Below, piece after piece: positions 52,752 to 64,000 of a stretch of 64,000 nucleotides of DNA. Origin of the DNA: Octopus sinensis (lineage: Eukaryota). The DNA lies in the NCBI RefSeq assembly GCF_006345805.1, contig NC_043003.1, positions 68,944,001 to 69,008,000 of the forward strand, read 5' to 3'. The first letter of the stretch is position 1; each line of letters opens with the position of its first letter. A model generated the notes under the pieces. The model had not been told where the DNA came from, made no database searches, and saw only the letters and a program-made list of their open reading frames with translations. The translations under genes and the position numbers were made by a program.

Positions 52752-53174
52752 ATGTGTTTTATATCAGCCTATGGTACTTTTATATTTTCTAAACACATAA
52801 ACTTTTATTTGGATTGTACTGTATACCATTCTTTACAATTCTTGGATATTAAAATTTGTGTTATGGCTTCTTTTATTTATAAACTCTTCAGAATAAATTG
52901 ACAAGTTTTACTTTTAAATCTTGCGATTTTGTTTAATTTCTCTTAATACCAATCAAATCCATCTTCAGTGTATTCGTATGATGTTTTGAAATTTATATAT
53001 ATTTATTAGGTTAGTCTGTGTGCATAGTGATGTACCTATGTGTACGTGTGCGTGTATGTGTGTATGTGTGTGTGTGCGTGTGCGTATGTCTGTGTTTTGG
53101 TTGACAATTCGAGAAAAATAAACGTATTTCTGAATTAAATAATGCTGTTATTGAATTAAATAATACTGTTATAT

Positions 53175-53460
53175 GCGCAGGAGTGTCTGTGTAGTAAGTA
53201 GCTTGCTTACGAACCACATGGTTCCGGGTTCAGTCCTACTGCGTGTCACATTGGGCAAGTGCCTTTTACTATAGCCTCGGGCCGACCAAAGTTTTCTGAG
53301 TGGATTTGGTAGACGGAAACTGAAAGAGGCCCGTCGTATATGTGTATATGTATATATGCATGTGTGTGTGTTTGTGTGTCTGAGCCCCCCCCCCCTCAAC
53401 ATCGCTTGACAATCGATGCTGGTGTATTTATGTCCTCGTAACTTAACTATTCTGCCTATA
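53175..53460 (+). mobile_element. SINE family A, 3'-truncated
   Basis: Head (GGTTCAGTCC B box), short microsatellite and start of the core. Confidence 0.85.
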
Positions 53461-53789
53461 TATCTGTGCACACTTTCCTATACTGTGTATACCATTAGGT
53501 TTGCAAATCTAACGGATGCCTCGAAAGACTCTTTAGGATCCATTAAGATCAGAACTTAACTGCAGCTCTTGGTGGTCCAAATTGGTTATGGATTCTATAT
53601 GGGTGTCTTTTCAATACATTGTCTGGTTTAAAAGGCCACATCAGACATCATACTTTATCTAAAGTGAAGTTTCAAGCGGTGGTCAGACTCTGCATAAGGA
53701 GTAGGCAACCACCATGTATGCATGTATGTATGTATGTATGTATGTATGTATGTATGTATGTATGTATGTATATATGAGAGATTAACATC

Positions 53790-54648
53790 AAGATGAAGGA
53801 GTTATTCGACGTCAACCCTCGTTATGCGACTTGAATGATTGCAATTTTCTCCAAATATCCAAAATGGTTGTTGAAAACTATTTGTATTAACTTGGTTACA
53901 TTAGTAGGCTCTTTGTTTGGGTCCCGTATCAATTGAAAGAAGATGATGTCGCCCAATGGATTTCTATCTACGATTCTTTGCAGAAACATGAAGGAAATAA
54001 TCTTTTCTGAGATAATTGGAGGTAGGTTACAAAAATGGATCGTTAATAATAATGTAAAGAGCAAACAGCCATGTGAGAAGAGCTGCAAACCACCACAAAC
54101 AATCTCCAACGCAGGACTTCATCCGAAGAAGGTTATGTTTCAATTTAGTGGAATTAGAAGAGTGTTGACTTTTACGAGCTTCTTGCCACGGACAGTTCTA
54201 TCAATTACTGCGACCAGCTGGAAAATTAAATGCAGCGATCCACCAGAAAATTGCTAATCGTACAGGTATTCATTGTCTTTCATCGCAACAAAGCCAGACT
54301 GCACACTTCTATGAAGACACAGCAGAAACTACAGGAATTTGGGTAAGCAGTTTTCTGGCACCCTCCATATGCGCCCGACCCTGAACCTTCAGGTTTCCAC
54401 TTGTTTCGGTCTCTTCAAAGTTCATTGAATGGACAGGCCTTTAACTCTGAAGAGGATATAAAAAATTTTCATGGAAGCGCTTTTCATAAGTAAAGAGATG
54501 AAATTCTTTGGGAAGGAAGTAATGGCTTTGCCCCCAAGAGACCAGAACATATCGGAACAAAACGAAAATAATATCATTGATTAAATAAATCACTTCGTGT
54601 TTAAAACTTGTGTCTTATTTTCGGTTAAAAATTAGACGAAATTTTTGG
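53790..54648 (+). mobile_element. Mariner transposase pseudogene
   Basis: Motifs WVPYQL, KWIVNNN, GLHPKKVM and HPPYAPDPEPSGFHLFRSLQ (WVPHEL, HPPYSPDLAPSD) are present, with multiple frameshifts. A TIR-like ttttggccaa lies near 54645. Confidence 0.9.
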
Positions 54649-54769
54649 CCAATATAACCAAAATACGATAGCTTTTTGTACTTCATTCTCAACGATACTT
54701 GTAATTAAACTTTAGGTGTTTTTGGATATTTAGGTATGTTTTACGAATAAAAACAATATCCCCAGCTCT

Positions 54770-55450
54770 CAACTCCCATTCTTGGTGATGCTGCACGTAT
54801 AGTGAACTTTATCAAATCTAGTTTTATAAACATAAGGATATTGCGTTTGTTGTGTTCAAAATTCAATGCTGTAGACGCGGCATTTTAATTTCACATGGTT
54901 GTGAGAAGGCTTTCCAAGAGGAAGTATTATGGTTGTCGAAGTTTCAATGATGATGAATGAACTGGATGAATTCTTTCGGAGAATGAATCTGACACCAATT
55001 AGGCTTGCAGGTAAAATTCCTGATAATAAATAGACTGTAAAGCTAATTTAACTGGATGATATTTTCTTTTGGCTAACTACAGTCAATAAGGAATTTCAAG
55101 GCAATCTAGTTAGAATTATAGACTTCGAAATCCGGAATTTAAAAATAAAACTTACGAAACTTTAATTGTGGAATGAAAAACAGAAAGCGGTTTGTGAAAA
55201 CGCTTTTGAGACTTGGAGAAAAAGTCTTATACTGCTGGAAGCAGAGAACATCAGAAAAGTCACTGTGCTAGCCCAGAAGCATTTTGCTTTGCTGTGTAAG
55301 GAATTATATTCCTATTTGCGTCGGATTAGTAACTAGGGATATCAACTATTTCGAATTTTTTATAGATTTAATCCCTGATCATATCCAGACAATATGCTTG
55401 AAGAATTTGTAAAAAAAATACGTAAAGGATTCCATGACAAAAGAAAACTC
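54770..55450 (+). mobile_element. hAT (Buster/Charlie-type) transposase fragment
   Basis: IVNFIKSSFINIRILRLLC....FHMVVRRLSKRK corresponds to the V.FIK..LN.R.F..LC....HT.VRWLSRG motif. Confidence 0.7.
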
Positions 55451-56074
55451 TTGCTTAACAAAATTGCAGTGATCCATAGTAAAGTGTTACACAGTTTCGT
55501 CTAGAAAATGTGTGAAGATTCTTTTGCAGGTCACATCCACTTATAGTTATAAAAACGGTTTTCAGTAATGTTCATTAACCAAAAACAAATTTCTTGTACA
55601 GCTGTCAGTTAAGAATGATATGCGAATGTGTCTCTCTGAAGCTGTGCCTGAATAAGTAAATCATTAGAAAGTAGCACGCTAAACAATTTCAATAATAAGT
55701 GCAGTATTAAATTCAGTGAAGATGTTTTCTCAGTCAAGCACAACGGAGGAAGCAGTCAGGTATGTAGACTCCAATAATTCACTCGTACTTTATTCCAACG
55801 ACTCCGAAAATTTTAAACACAAACATGACCAGGGCATGATTGGGCCTCATATATACAAGTAAATTCATTGATTAACAAATGATACATGCCTATATATATC
55901 ATTCTATGGCATCCAACAATTTTACACCCTATTCGTCACCTGGAGTACGAACACTATGAAAATGTACGTCAGAAGAAAAGGGTTTGTCTCTTCACGGCCA
56001 CAGAATTGTTGTCAGCCGAGACTGTCTGAAATAGTACGGAGTCTCAAACCGTTCAGCAGGTAGACGTCCAGAAT

Positions 56075-56277
56075 TTTACTCTTTTAGTTGTTTCAGTCAT
56101 TTGACTTTGGACATGCTGGAGCACCGTCTTTTAGTCGAGCAAAGCGACCCTAGGACTTATTCTTTGTAGGCCTAGTACTTATTCTATCGGTCTCTTCGTA
56201 AACACACCAGCATCGGTTTTCAACGATATTGGGGGGACAATCACAGACAGACAAACATATACACACACACATACACG

Positions 56278-56361
<84 letters not shown>

Positions 56362-56522
56362 TACGACAGGCTTCTTTCAGTTTCCGTCTACCAAATCCAC
56401 TCACAAGTCTTTGGTCGGCCCAAGGCTATAGTAGAAGACACTTGCCCAAGGTGCGCAGTGAGACTGAACCCGAGACCATGTGGTTCGTAAGCAAGCTACT
56501 TACCACACAGCCACTCCTACGC
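56075..56522 (-). mobile_element. SINE family A, full length
   Basis: Same head/microsatellite/core/tail order as 48005-48458. Confidence 0.9.
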
Positions 56523-56617
56523 CTAAGATGTGTGGAGGACAGATTCGGCTTTCAACCGTACTTGATATGAAAGACGATGCCTTCAATCGATCATTAACGA
56601 TACACAACGTTCTTCTA

Positions 56618-56850
56618 AATGGGCGCAGATATGTCTTTGTGGTTAAGCTCGCATTGCAACCACGTGGTTTCGGGTTCAGTTCCACTGCGCGTTACTAAGG
56701 GTAAATGTATTTTACTATAATTCCGGTCCGACAAATACCTTGTGAGTGAATTTGTTAAACGAAACTTAGTGAAATCTCGTCGTATGTGTTCGTGTGCCTG
56801 TGTTTGTTTTCCACCATTGCTTTAAAACTGACAATAATCTGTTTCTATTT
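56618..56850 (+). mobile_element. Old SINE family A copy
   Basis: Diverged head with GGGTTCAGTTCC and the tcgtcgtatgtg junction. Confidence 0.6.
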
Positions 56851-57022
56851 TCATAACTTAGCAATTCGGCAAAAGATATCGAGGGAATAAGTAGCAGACT
56901 TGCAATAAGTATGGGGTCGATTTGTTTCTTTAAACTCTTCAGGGAAGAAATAAGAAAATGATAAAATACAAATCTTGGTTATGGCGACAGCGGTTTAATT
57001 GTGGAACAAGTCTGAATATACT

Positions 57023-57122
57023 GAGGAAGAGAGAATGGTGAGAGTAAGAGAGAATGGTAGGAGGAAGAGAGAATGGTAAGAAGAAGAGAGAATGGTAAGA
57101 GGAAGAGAGAATGGTAAGGGGA
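57023..57122. repeat. 19-bp minisatellite
   Basis: AGGAAGAGAGAATGGTAAG-like unit, about 5 copies. Confidence 0.85.
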
Positions 57123-58617
57123 AGTCCTGTTGGAATATTGATTGGAGGCTGAAGAATAATCCAGGTGAATATGTCAAAGAGCACTTTCCCTCGGTAGAAA
57201 GAGTGGGCTGCGATATAAGAGTTCCCCAGGCGACCCCACCGGAAATGATGTCTCTTTATCAGAAAGTTCCAATACCTTTACATTTTACTGTGTCCGAAGT
57301 ATTTCTTGCCTTCTTTTGTAATGAAATGCACAGCGTCGTCTTTCGCTCTTGTGACAGACACAGTTTGTTTTCGTTTTTGTTTTGTTTTGTTTTGGGGGTT
57401 TCTTTTCCGTGTTACTCAGTTCTGATCAAGCGAACATGTTATGAAAGCGTGACCATACCATTTATTTTACGAAAATGCTTTGAATTCTATATTATCCAAT
57501 GAAAGTGTCCTACGTGTTTTGTTTTTTTTTATGCTAAGTTACGGTTCCAAAGGAAATTTTGATTCTTATTACTTGAACGTCTTGTTATCTTCAAGAAATA
57601 TCGGTTGGAGCTCCATCGCTCAAACATGGAGTACTTATTTACAGCAAAACTGGGATGAAGCGCTGATAGTTACGTCACATAGCCATAGTCCCATAGTCCT
57701 ATAGTTCCAATGTGTTGCTAATGACTTTATACGAAACTTCTTCCAAAAATAAAAGTGAAGGATGTATATTTATGGACTTTAATCAAAATCTTTATAATTA
57801 AATCTGAACATTGGAAAGCCGATCGAGTTTTACCAAGATTATAAAATGCAACTAAAAAACTACAAGTCCTCTAATTTTGAGGCTTATTTTTGCTTTTCTT
57901 CTTTAAATATTTTCTTTAAAAAATCTGTTTAATACAATTAAATTTAAAGATTTTCATATCATCTAATTTCCTTCATTTTATTCTTTCTTTTGGTATTTAT
58001 ATCAGTATTTTGCTATTTCATTCGTTTATATGTTGTGTTTTCTTTCCTTGCTCAATATTTTTGCTTTTAATTTTCTTTGACTCAAGACGCTGTCATGATT
58101 AAAACAACAGAGAACTGCCAACGTAATTAAAATAACAGCCGTGATTAAATTCGTTGAATAATTCGACAATATTTATAGTTAGTTTCTGAAGATGTAACGT
58201 AAATATAATTACATTACACAGACATATTTATGGATATAGTTTGCAGAAATGTGTTTAAAGAGCAGAATTGAAAGACAAATGGCTGCACCGACTGACTAAA
58301 GACAAACGAAACTAACCAGGAAAATAACCGCCATTTTGTTTGCCACATTTTATTTTAAACATTTTTCATTATATATCACAACTTGTGAGCAATTGCATCA
58401 TTAGTTAAATTTTCAATGCGTCAATCACTGTTTCGCTGCATTTCTGATGGAACCGAGAGAATAAAGTTTCTAACCCGGTGCAGAACAAATCACTCGAGAA
58501 ATTTCCATTGTAAAGAATTCGTTTTGTCGTTAAGTTCTGACGACTATAAATATACACAGATATGTATGCGAGGTATGTGTGTGTATATGTATTCACATGC
58601 GTATGATTACATATACG

Positions 58618-58776
58618 TAGGAGTGGGTGAGTGGTAAGTAGCTTCCTTACGAACCACATGGTTCCGGGTTCAGTCCCACTGCCTGGCACCTTGGACAACT
58701 GTCTTCTACTATAACCTCGAGCTGACCAAAGCCTTGTGAGTGGATTTGATAGACGGAAACTGAAAGAAGCCCGTCG

Positions 58777-58844
<68 letters not shown>

Positions 58845-58945
58845 CATATATATATATATAATTTGAGGAAATATCATTCCAAACTTACAGGGAAAAATTC
58901 AATTTAGAAATGTTAAATCAAATTTCACGAAGTATAATATATATA

Positions 58946-58983
<38 letters not shown>

Positions 58984-59160
58984 TATCACCATACTAATAT
59001 GGCATTCTTAAAAATAAGAATAAAGCTGTCGCTGATTAGCTCCATGAAGCCATCGCCTCAAGCTAGCTACTTGACATACAAACTGCGTCCGTTATTAAAC
59101 CTTCGAACAGGGGAGGTCAGCCGCTTCAACCTGCTAGTCCGACAGCTACAGACATGAATA

Positions 59161-59204
<44 letters not shown>

Positions 59205-60051
59205 TGTGTGTGAGTGTGTGTGTGTGTGTGTTTGTGTGTCTGTGTTTGTCCCTCCCCCCCCCAACATCACTTGAAAACCGATACTGGGGTGTTTACGTCC
59301 TCGTAAGATAGCGGTTCGGCAAAAGAGACCGATAGAATAAGTACTAGACTTACAAAGAATATATATATAATATATTCGAGATGCTGTAATTTAATTTGAA
59401 TTGATAAAAGGTGGTTTTTGCTGATTTATATATAGATATATATATATAAAGGGATTTACATGATTGTGTATAGAGGGTTATATATTATTCAAAGGATTTC
59501 CAACTCTGTTTTATTTATATTGTTTATAATATTAATGTAGAATATAGAATATATAGTATAAATAGTATATATAGTGTAAAATCAAATGAAGTATTGATTG
59601 TCTTATTGATTAGATGAAATATTGAATATCAAATATTAAGGTCCTTTAATATTTAATATTCAATATTTCATCTATTCAATAAGACAATCAATATTTCATT
59701 TCATTTTACACTATATATACTATTTATACTATATATTCTATATTCTACATTAATATTATAAAGAATATAAATAAAACATAAAAACAGAGTTAGAATTCCT
59801 TTGAATAATATGTGTGTGTGTTTGTGTGTCTGTGTTTGTGTCCCCCCCCCCCCCAACATCACTTGAAAACCGATACTGGGGTGTTTACGTCCTCGTAAGA
59901 TAGCGGTTCGGCAAAAGAGAGCGATAGAATAAGTACTAGACTTACAAAGAATAAGTCCTGGGGTCAATTTTCTCGACTAAAGGTGGTGCTCCAGCATGGC
60001 CACATTCAAATGACTGAAACAAGTAAAAGAGTGAAGAGAGTAAAAAAGAGC
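58618..60051 (+). mobile_element. SINE family A split by nested insertions
   Basis: Head at 58618-58778, foreign DNA in the internal TA tract, core at 59221-59361 repeated at 59811-59952, tail to 60051. Confidence 0.75.
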
Positions 60052-60054
60052 ATA

Positions 60055-60130
60055 TATACATATATATATATTATATAATATATATATATATATATAATAT
60101 ATATATAGATAGATAGATAGATAGATATAG

Positions 60131-60179
<49 letters not shown>

Positions 60180-60210
60180 TACATATATTTATATACATAT
60201 ATATATATAC

Positions 60211-60257
<47 letters not shown>

Positions 60258-60380
60258 CAGAGGGAGATAGAGAGAGAGACAGACAGAGATAGATGGATAG
60301 TGAGAGAGGAGAGGGAATAAGAGATATTGTCTGTGGTGTGTGTCAGAGAAAGAGAGAGAATGAAAGAGAGAGAGAGAGAT
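60055..60380. repeat. (TA)n(GATA)n(GA)n compound microsatellite
   Basis: Direct reading. Confidence 0.9.
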
Positions 60381-60629
60381 ACGCATTGCGTGAAATTCAC
60401 TGTAACTACGACGTACAGAGTATACATGAAGAGAGGAAGAGGAGAGGTCGACATCAATCCTTTGCGGCTTCCATTTCACTGCTCTCAGTGTCACTATCTC
60501 GTATCGGTCTTATCAGCCACGTCTGCTCCCGTCAGAAGTAATCTGCTGGATGCTGTCATCGCCGTTGATGCGTAGTCATAAGCAAAGTAAGTAAGAAATG
60601 CACTGTGCACGGAAAGGAATAACTTCTAC

Positions 60630-60822
60630 TTTTATTCTTTTATTCTTTTGTTCTTTTACTTGTTTCTGTCATTTGACTTCGGCCAAGCACAACCTTTAGT
60701 CGAACAAATCGGCCAAGCACAACCTTTAGTCGAACAAATCGACCTCCAGGACTTATTCTTTGTAAGCCTAGAACTTATTCTATCGGTCTCTTTTGTCAAA
60801 AGATGATGTGGGACAAACACAC

Positions 60823-60869
<47 letters not shown>

Positions 60870-61195
60870 TATGTGTGTGTGTGTGCGTGTGTGTATGTGT
60901 TTGTCCCCCATCATCGTTTGACAAAAGAAACTGATAGAATAAGTTCTAGGCTTACAAAGAATAAGTCCTGGCGTGAATTGGTAGATGGAAATTGAAAGAA
61001 GCCCGTCGTAAATATATATATATATATATACGACGGGCTTCTTTCAATTTCCATCTACCAAATCCACTTTGAAGGTTTTGGTCGGGCCGAGGCTTTAGTA
61101 GAAGATACTTGCCCAATGGTCCACGGAGTGGGACTGAACCCGGAACCATGTTGCTGGGAAACAAGCTTCTTACCACACAGCCACGCCTGCACCTA
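60630..61195 (-). mobile_element. SINE family A rearranged by two fold-back inversions
   Basis: Tail at 60630, IR 60746-60971, IR 60978-61061, head ending near 61195. Confidence 0.75.
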
Positions 61196-61239
61196 TACGT
61201 ACAAACCTATAAAATACATGCATAATATATATATATATA

Positions 61240-61430
61240 TACCTGTTTCAGCTATTAGACTGCGGCCATGCTGGGGCACTGTTTTGAAGAATTTTGGTCA
61301 ACCGAATTGACTCTAGTATTCATTCTTTTAACCCCGATATTTTATTGGTTCGGCAACTAAATTACGGGGACGTAAATGCACGAACACTGATTGTCAAGTG
61401 ATGGTGGGGAACACACTGACACTGAAACAC
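61240..61430 (-). mobile_element. SINE family A core/tail fragment
   Basis: gactgcggccatgctgg and ttacggggacgtaaa match the family A core. Confidence 0.65.
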
Positions 61431-61509
61431 ATACACACATGCAGCAATTTCGAGGAAACGGAGTAAGGCAGTTACCAGGACTGTACTATCATTTATAGAC
61501 TGTATCAGT

Positions 61510-62270
61510 GCCATCTTCGTCTCCTGCAAAAACCAAACACTTTCATCTCATTTGCCAACTCCTCTGCCCTTCCATTGAATTCACCAAACACACCCCAGAA
61601 ACCACCATTAACGTCAAGACTTTATCAACCACTCAGCCTCATTCTTACCACAACCACTTCCTGCAAACACACCGCCTCCTACTCCTGTCCTGATTTGTCC
61701 TTATTTCCCCTTTCCTACACCAAGCAAGTTAATCCTTATTCCCAAATTCATCCTGCTTTTCTCTCTGTGCAGTTATGACCTGGGATTTGAGACAAGTCAC
61801 AAAAATGGACTAACTCGTCATTCGACATGAATACCACGCACTCTAATCCAGAATACTCCAATCGGAGCTCACCAAATCGAGCGCAACTTTACCTTCTCGC
61901 ATAGTACCCCAGTCTCACTCGAAACTGCATTATCTTTCCTCTTCTTTTCCCTCTACCCTATCCTTCTCTCGTAAGATCCTACGCTCTCTCACCTCGTCCT
62001 GTTAAAACCTACCGTACTTCTCTCTTCCTTAATACAACCTTCCACACACTTGCCCGTAGCTGGCTTCTTCTTTTTCCAACTCTCCTGGATTCTATTTTTG
62101 CTTCCACTCCCATTCTCACAGCTGTCCGTTCTTCACTTTCACCTCCTCCCTCACATGACGCAACCACCGCATCTTCAATCATTCTGATTCCTTCCCTCAT
62201 ACATCTACCGGTGTCCTATACTGTTTAAATGCTTCTTCTGCGATATCTTGTACATCGGTCAAACCGTTCA
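61510..62270 (+). mobile_element. Penelope-like retroelement fragment (RT C-terminus to GIY-YIG start)
   Basis: 62196-62270 translates with one frameshift to SFPHTSTGVLYCL.CFFCDILYIGQT (VIY..C..C..LYIGQT motif). The upstream C-rich strand has RT-thumb-like remnants. Confidence 0.7.
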
Positions 62271-62303
62271 GACACCGGCTAGACATCTATAAAGCATATA
62301 GAC

Positions 62304-62659
62304 CAGTGCTTCTCAACCAGGGTCCTTATAACTTTTTTTGTTGGGTCTACGTAGGCAAAATGATAAATTGGGGATTTACGGTAGTATTTTAGGGGTCCAT
62401 GAAACAATTTTGCCTCAGACATATTTATTGCAAGAAGCATTTATATTTTCTTTCTGTAATACTTAGCTTAGTTCAACATATCTCCAACAACTGAGACGTT
62501 CTCTCAGCGAGTACTTTTGTAAACCTAAACATGTGAACATGTGATAAAGAAAATAGGGATTTTGAAAGAAATATCTGTGAACTGAATAGCTATGGGGCAG
62601 GGTCCACCACAGTAAAACGATAATCAAAGATGTTCATAAAGAATGGTTGAGAACCACTG
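62304..62659. mobile_element. hAT (Charlie/Buster) MITE
   Basis: TIRs are CAGTGCTTCTCAACC / GGTTGAGAACCACTG (14/15). The 8-bp flanks ATATAGAC/ATGTAGAT (6/8) have a central TA. Confidence 0.85.
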
Positions 62660-62947
62660 ATGTAGATTAATACCATGCTTTTCTCATTGGAATTGCTTAT
62701 TTTCTATTATCTTCTTCCTTTTCCACTTTCTCCTGGTCTTTCTCGTATTTTTCCACAGGCCAAAAAAGGGCAATGTCCAAAATGTAATGGTGATTGATCA
62801 TTTCCCTTCTCTTTGGCGTCAACTGTGGATTTATTTCGTTGTGTTCTTCTTTTTTGCATTTATGATGTTCTAGTTATTGTTCTTCGTCATATTTCTGCGC
62901 ACATAATACGCCCATACACACACACACATACATATACAAATAATAAT

Positions 62948-63005
<58 letters not shown>

Positions 63006-63209
63006 AATAGGTGAATGAATTATCCTATGTTTATCGTCAGCATGGGAAATTCGTTGAACCGAAACCTGGGTAGCAAATTCACGTCAGAAACACGGTTGAA
63101 GCGACCTGTCCAAGGGTAGAAACTCCGGGTTCATGTGCAGAAATTTGTGTGTTGTATATGAATAAATGAAAGAATGGAGTCGAACGAAGATGTTAACAAA
63201 ATTCCTTTA

Positions 63210-63291
63210 CTCTCGACATATGTTTCGAAGACAACATGGTTTCATTCCAAAGGAATAAAGGGTGCATTATGCAATCTTCTCATCAGGAAAG
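63210..63291 (-). ncRNA. Type I hammerhead ribozyme motif, intact core, palindromic (dimer-type) helix III
   Basis: Minus strand reads CTTTC-CTGATGA-GAAGA...TCTTC-GAAA-CATATG-TC-GAGAG. Helix I is CTTTC/GAGAG (one G.U), helix II is GAAGA/TCTTC, the core is CUGAUGA plus GAAA, and the cleavage triplet is GUC. It lies about 275 nt downstream of a Penelope GIY-YIG remnant on the same strand. Confidence 0.85.
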
Positions 63292-63565
63292 AAAGGGATC
63301 CTCTCTCGACAACAAGACAAACAAAAATTTCGATGACTGCCTACATGGTAAACAAAACGATAATGAGTGTTTTTAAAAAAGACGTTAGAAGAATTGACGT
63401 CAAAGATAGATAGTAGGAAGAGAAGGGTTAAAGGAATAATAGGTAGGGAACAAGTGGAGAGGGAAGGGTACGTTGATTGAAAGAATGTTCGAAGGCTTAG
63501 GAAAGAATGTTGTTATTGAAGTGGGGTGGACGTAAAGCTAATTGTTCAAACCACAGTGACTATCG

Positions 63566-63960
63566 TTATCCTTTATATGAGTAGAAAGTATGTTTCTGCC
63601 AGTGTTTACATTTGTATGATTTTTCTATGAGTGTGTTTACTAGGGGAACCTTAGAGAAGAGAATATGGAAGAGTTCAGAGTTGCAAATGTTACAAAATAT
63701 CCTGCCCTTATCAAAAGGAAAGGATACAGACAGTATGAACCAATCCAACTTGAAATTTATATTGTTGTCTTTAAGACGCCAAAACTAATTTACTAAGCCC
63801 TATACTATGTCGTTTTTTACTATCCCTGAATGTTGAATAATGGTTTGAAATTCTCTTGGTTAACTGGGAAGTGGACGCTCTTATATAGAAGAAGACATCG
63901 GTACCGGAAGAAATTCTACACTGGTAAATAGAATTCTTAATCTTAAAATTACTAGACAAA
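63566..63960 (-). mobile_element. Penelope-like retroelement, GIY-YIG endonuclease C-terminal remnant (frameshifted)
   Basis: Two ORF-track frames join to give NSIYQCRIS..FFYIRAST..KRISNHYSTF..SIGLSKLV..W.IL..SFPF....CNICNSE..IL...LVN...E....CKHWQKH, which follows the Penelope GIY-YIG pattern. Confidence 0.8.
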
Positions 63961-64000
63961 AATTTAATTCTGTTGGTGTTGTCCTCCGAGATCGAAGCGA

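Noticed and set aside
55700-56065. Donor-like sites CAG|GTATGT and CAG|GTAGAC as exon ends
   Set aside because: Isolated splice-like motifs are expected by chance, and the reading frames are unrecognisable.

Overview
This is eukaryotic, AT-rich, repeat-dominated DNA. The tRNA-derived SINE families and dense (TA)n/(CA)n/(GATA)n tracts look like an octopus (coleoid cephalopod) genome; this is recognition from memory, not a database result. No intact protein-coding gene can be supported, and almost all ORF-track entries are microsatellite or satellite artefacts. Contents: (i) about 20 SINE copies of about 4 families; (ii) decayed retroelement pieces, namely RLE-type LINEs, RTE, a tandem ORF1-only Tx1/L1-like element, a possible solo LTR and five Penelope-like (GIY-YIG) fragments; (iii) mariner and hAT remnants plus a hAT MITE; (iv) a 9.4-kb complex satellite (29.9-39.3 kb) built from GAAAATTTTC-type A/T tracts, a 32-bp repeat and a ~220-bp core, with a ~2.1-kb higher-order repeat; (v) a ~1.7-kb near-identical tandem duplication. 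The most notable signal is absent from the ORF track: six type I hammerhead-ribozyme motifs plus one half-motif. Each has a 6-nt palindrome in place of helix III (four different palindromes), four have enlarged helix II regions, and all six lie about 30-210 nt 5' of a TA-rich microsatellite. Two have fully intact catalytic cores, and one of these is directly downstream of a Penelope GIY-YIG remnant. Many fold-back inverted repeats occur in the same context. Dimer-type hammerheads in Penelope-like elements are a known class. The palindrome diversity, expanded helix II and TA-targeted/fold-back architecture seen here deserve follow-up.
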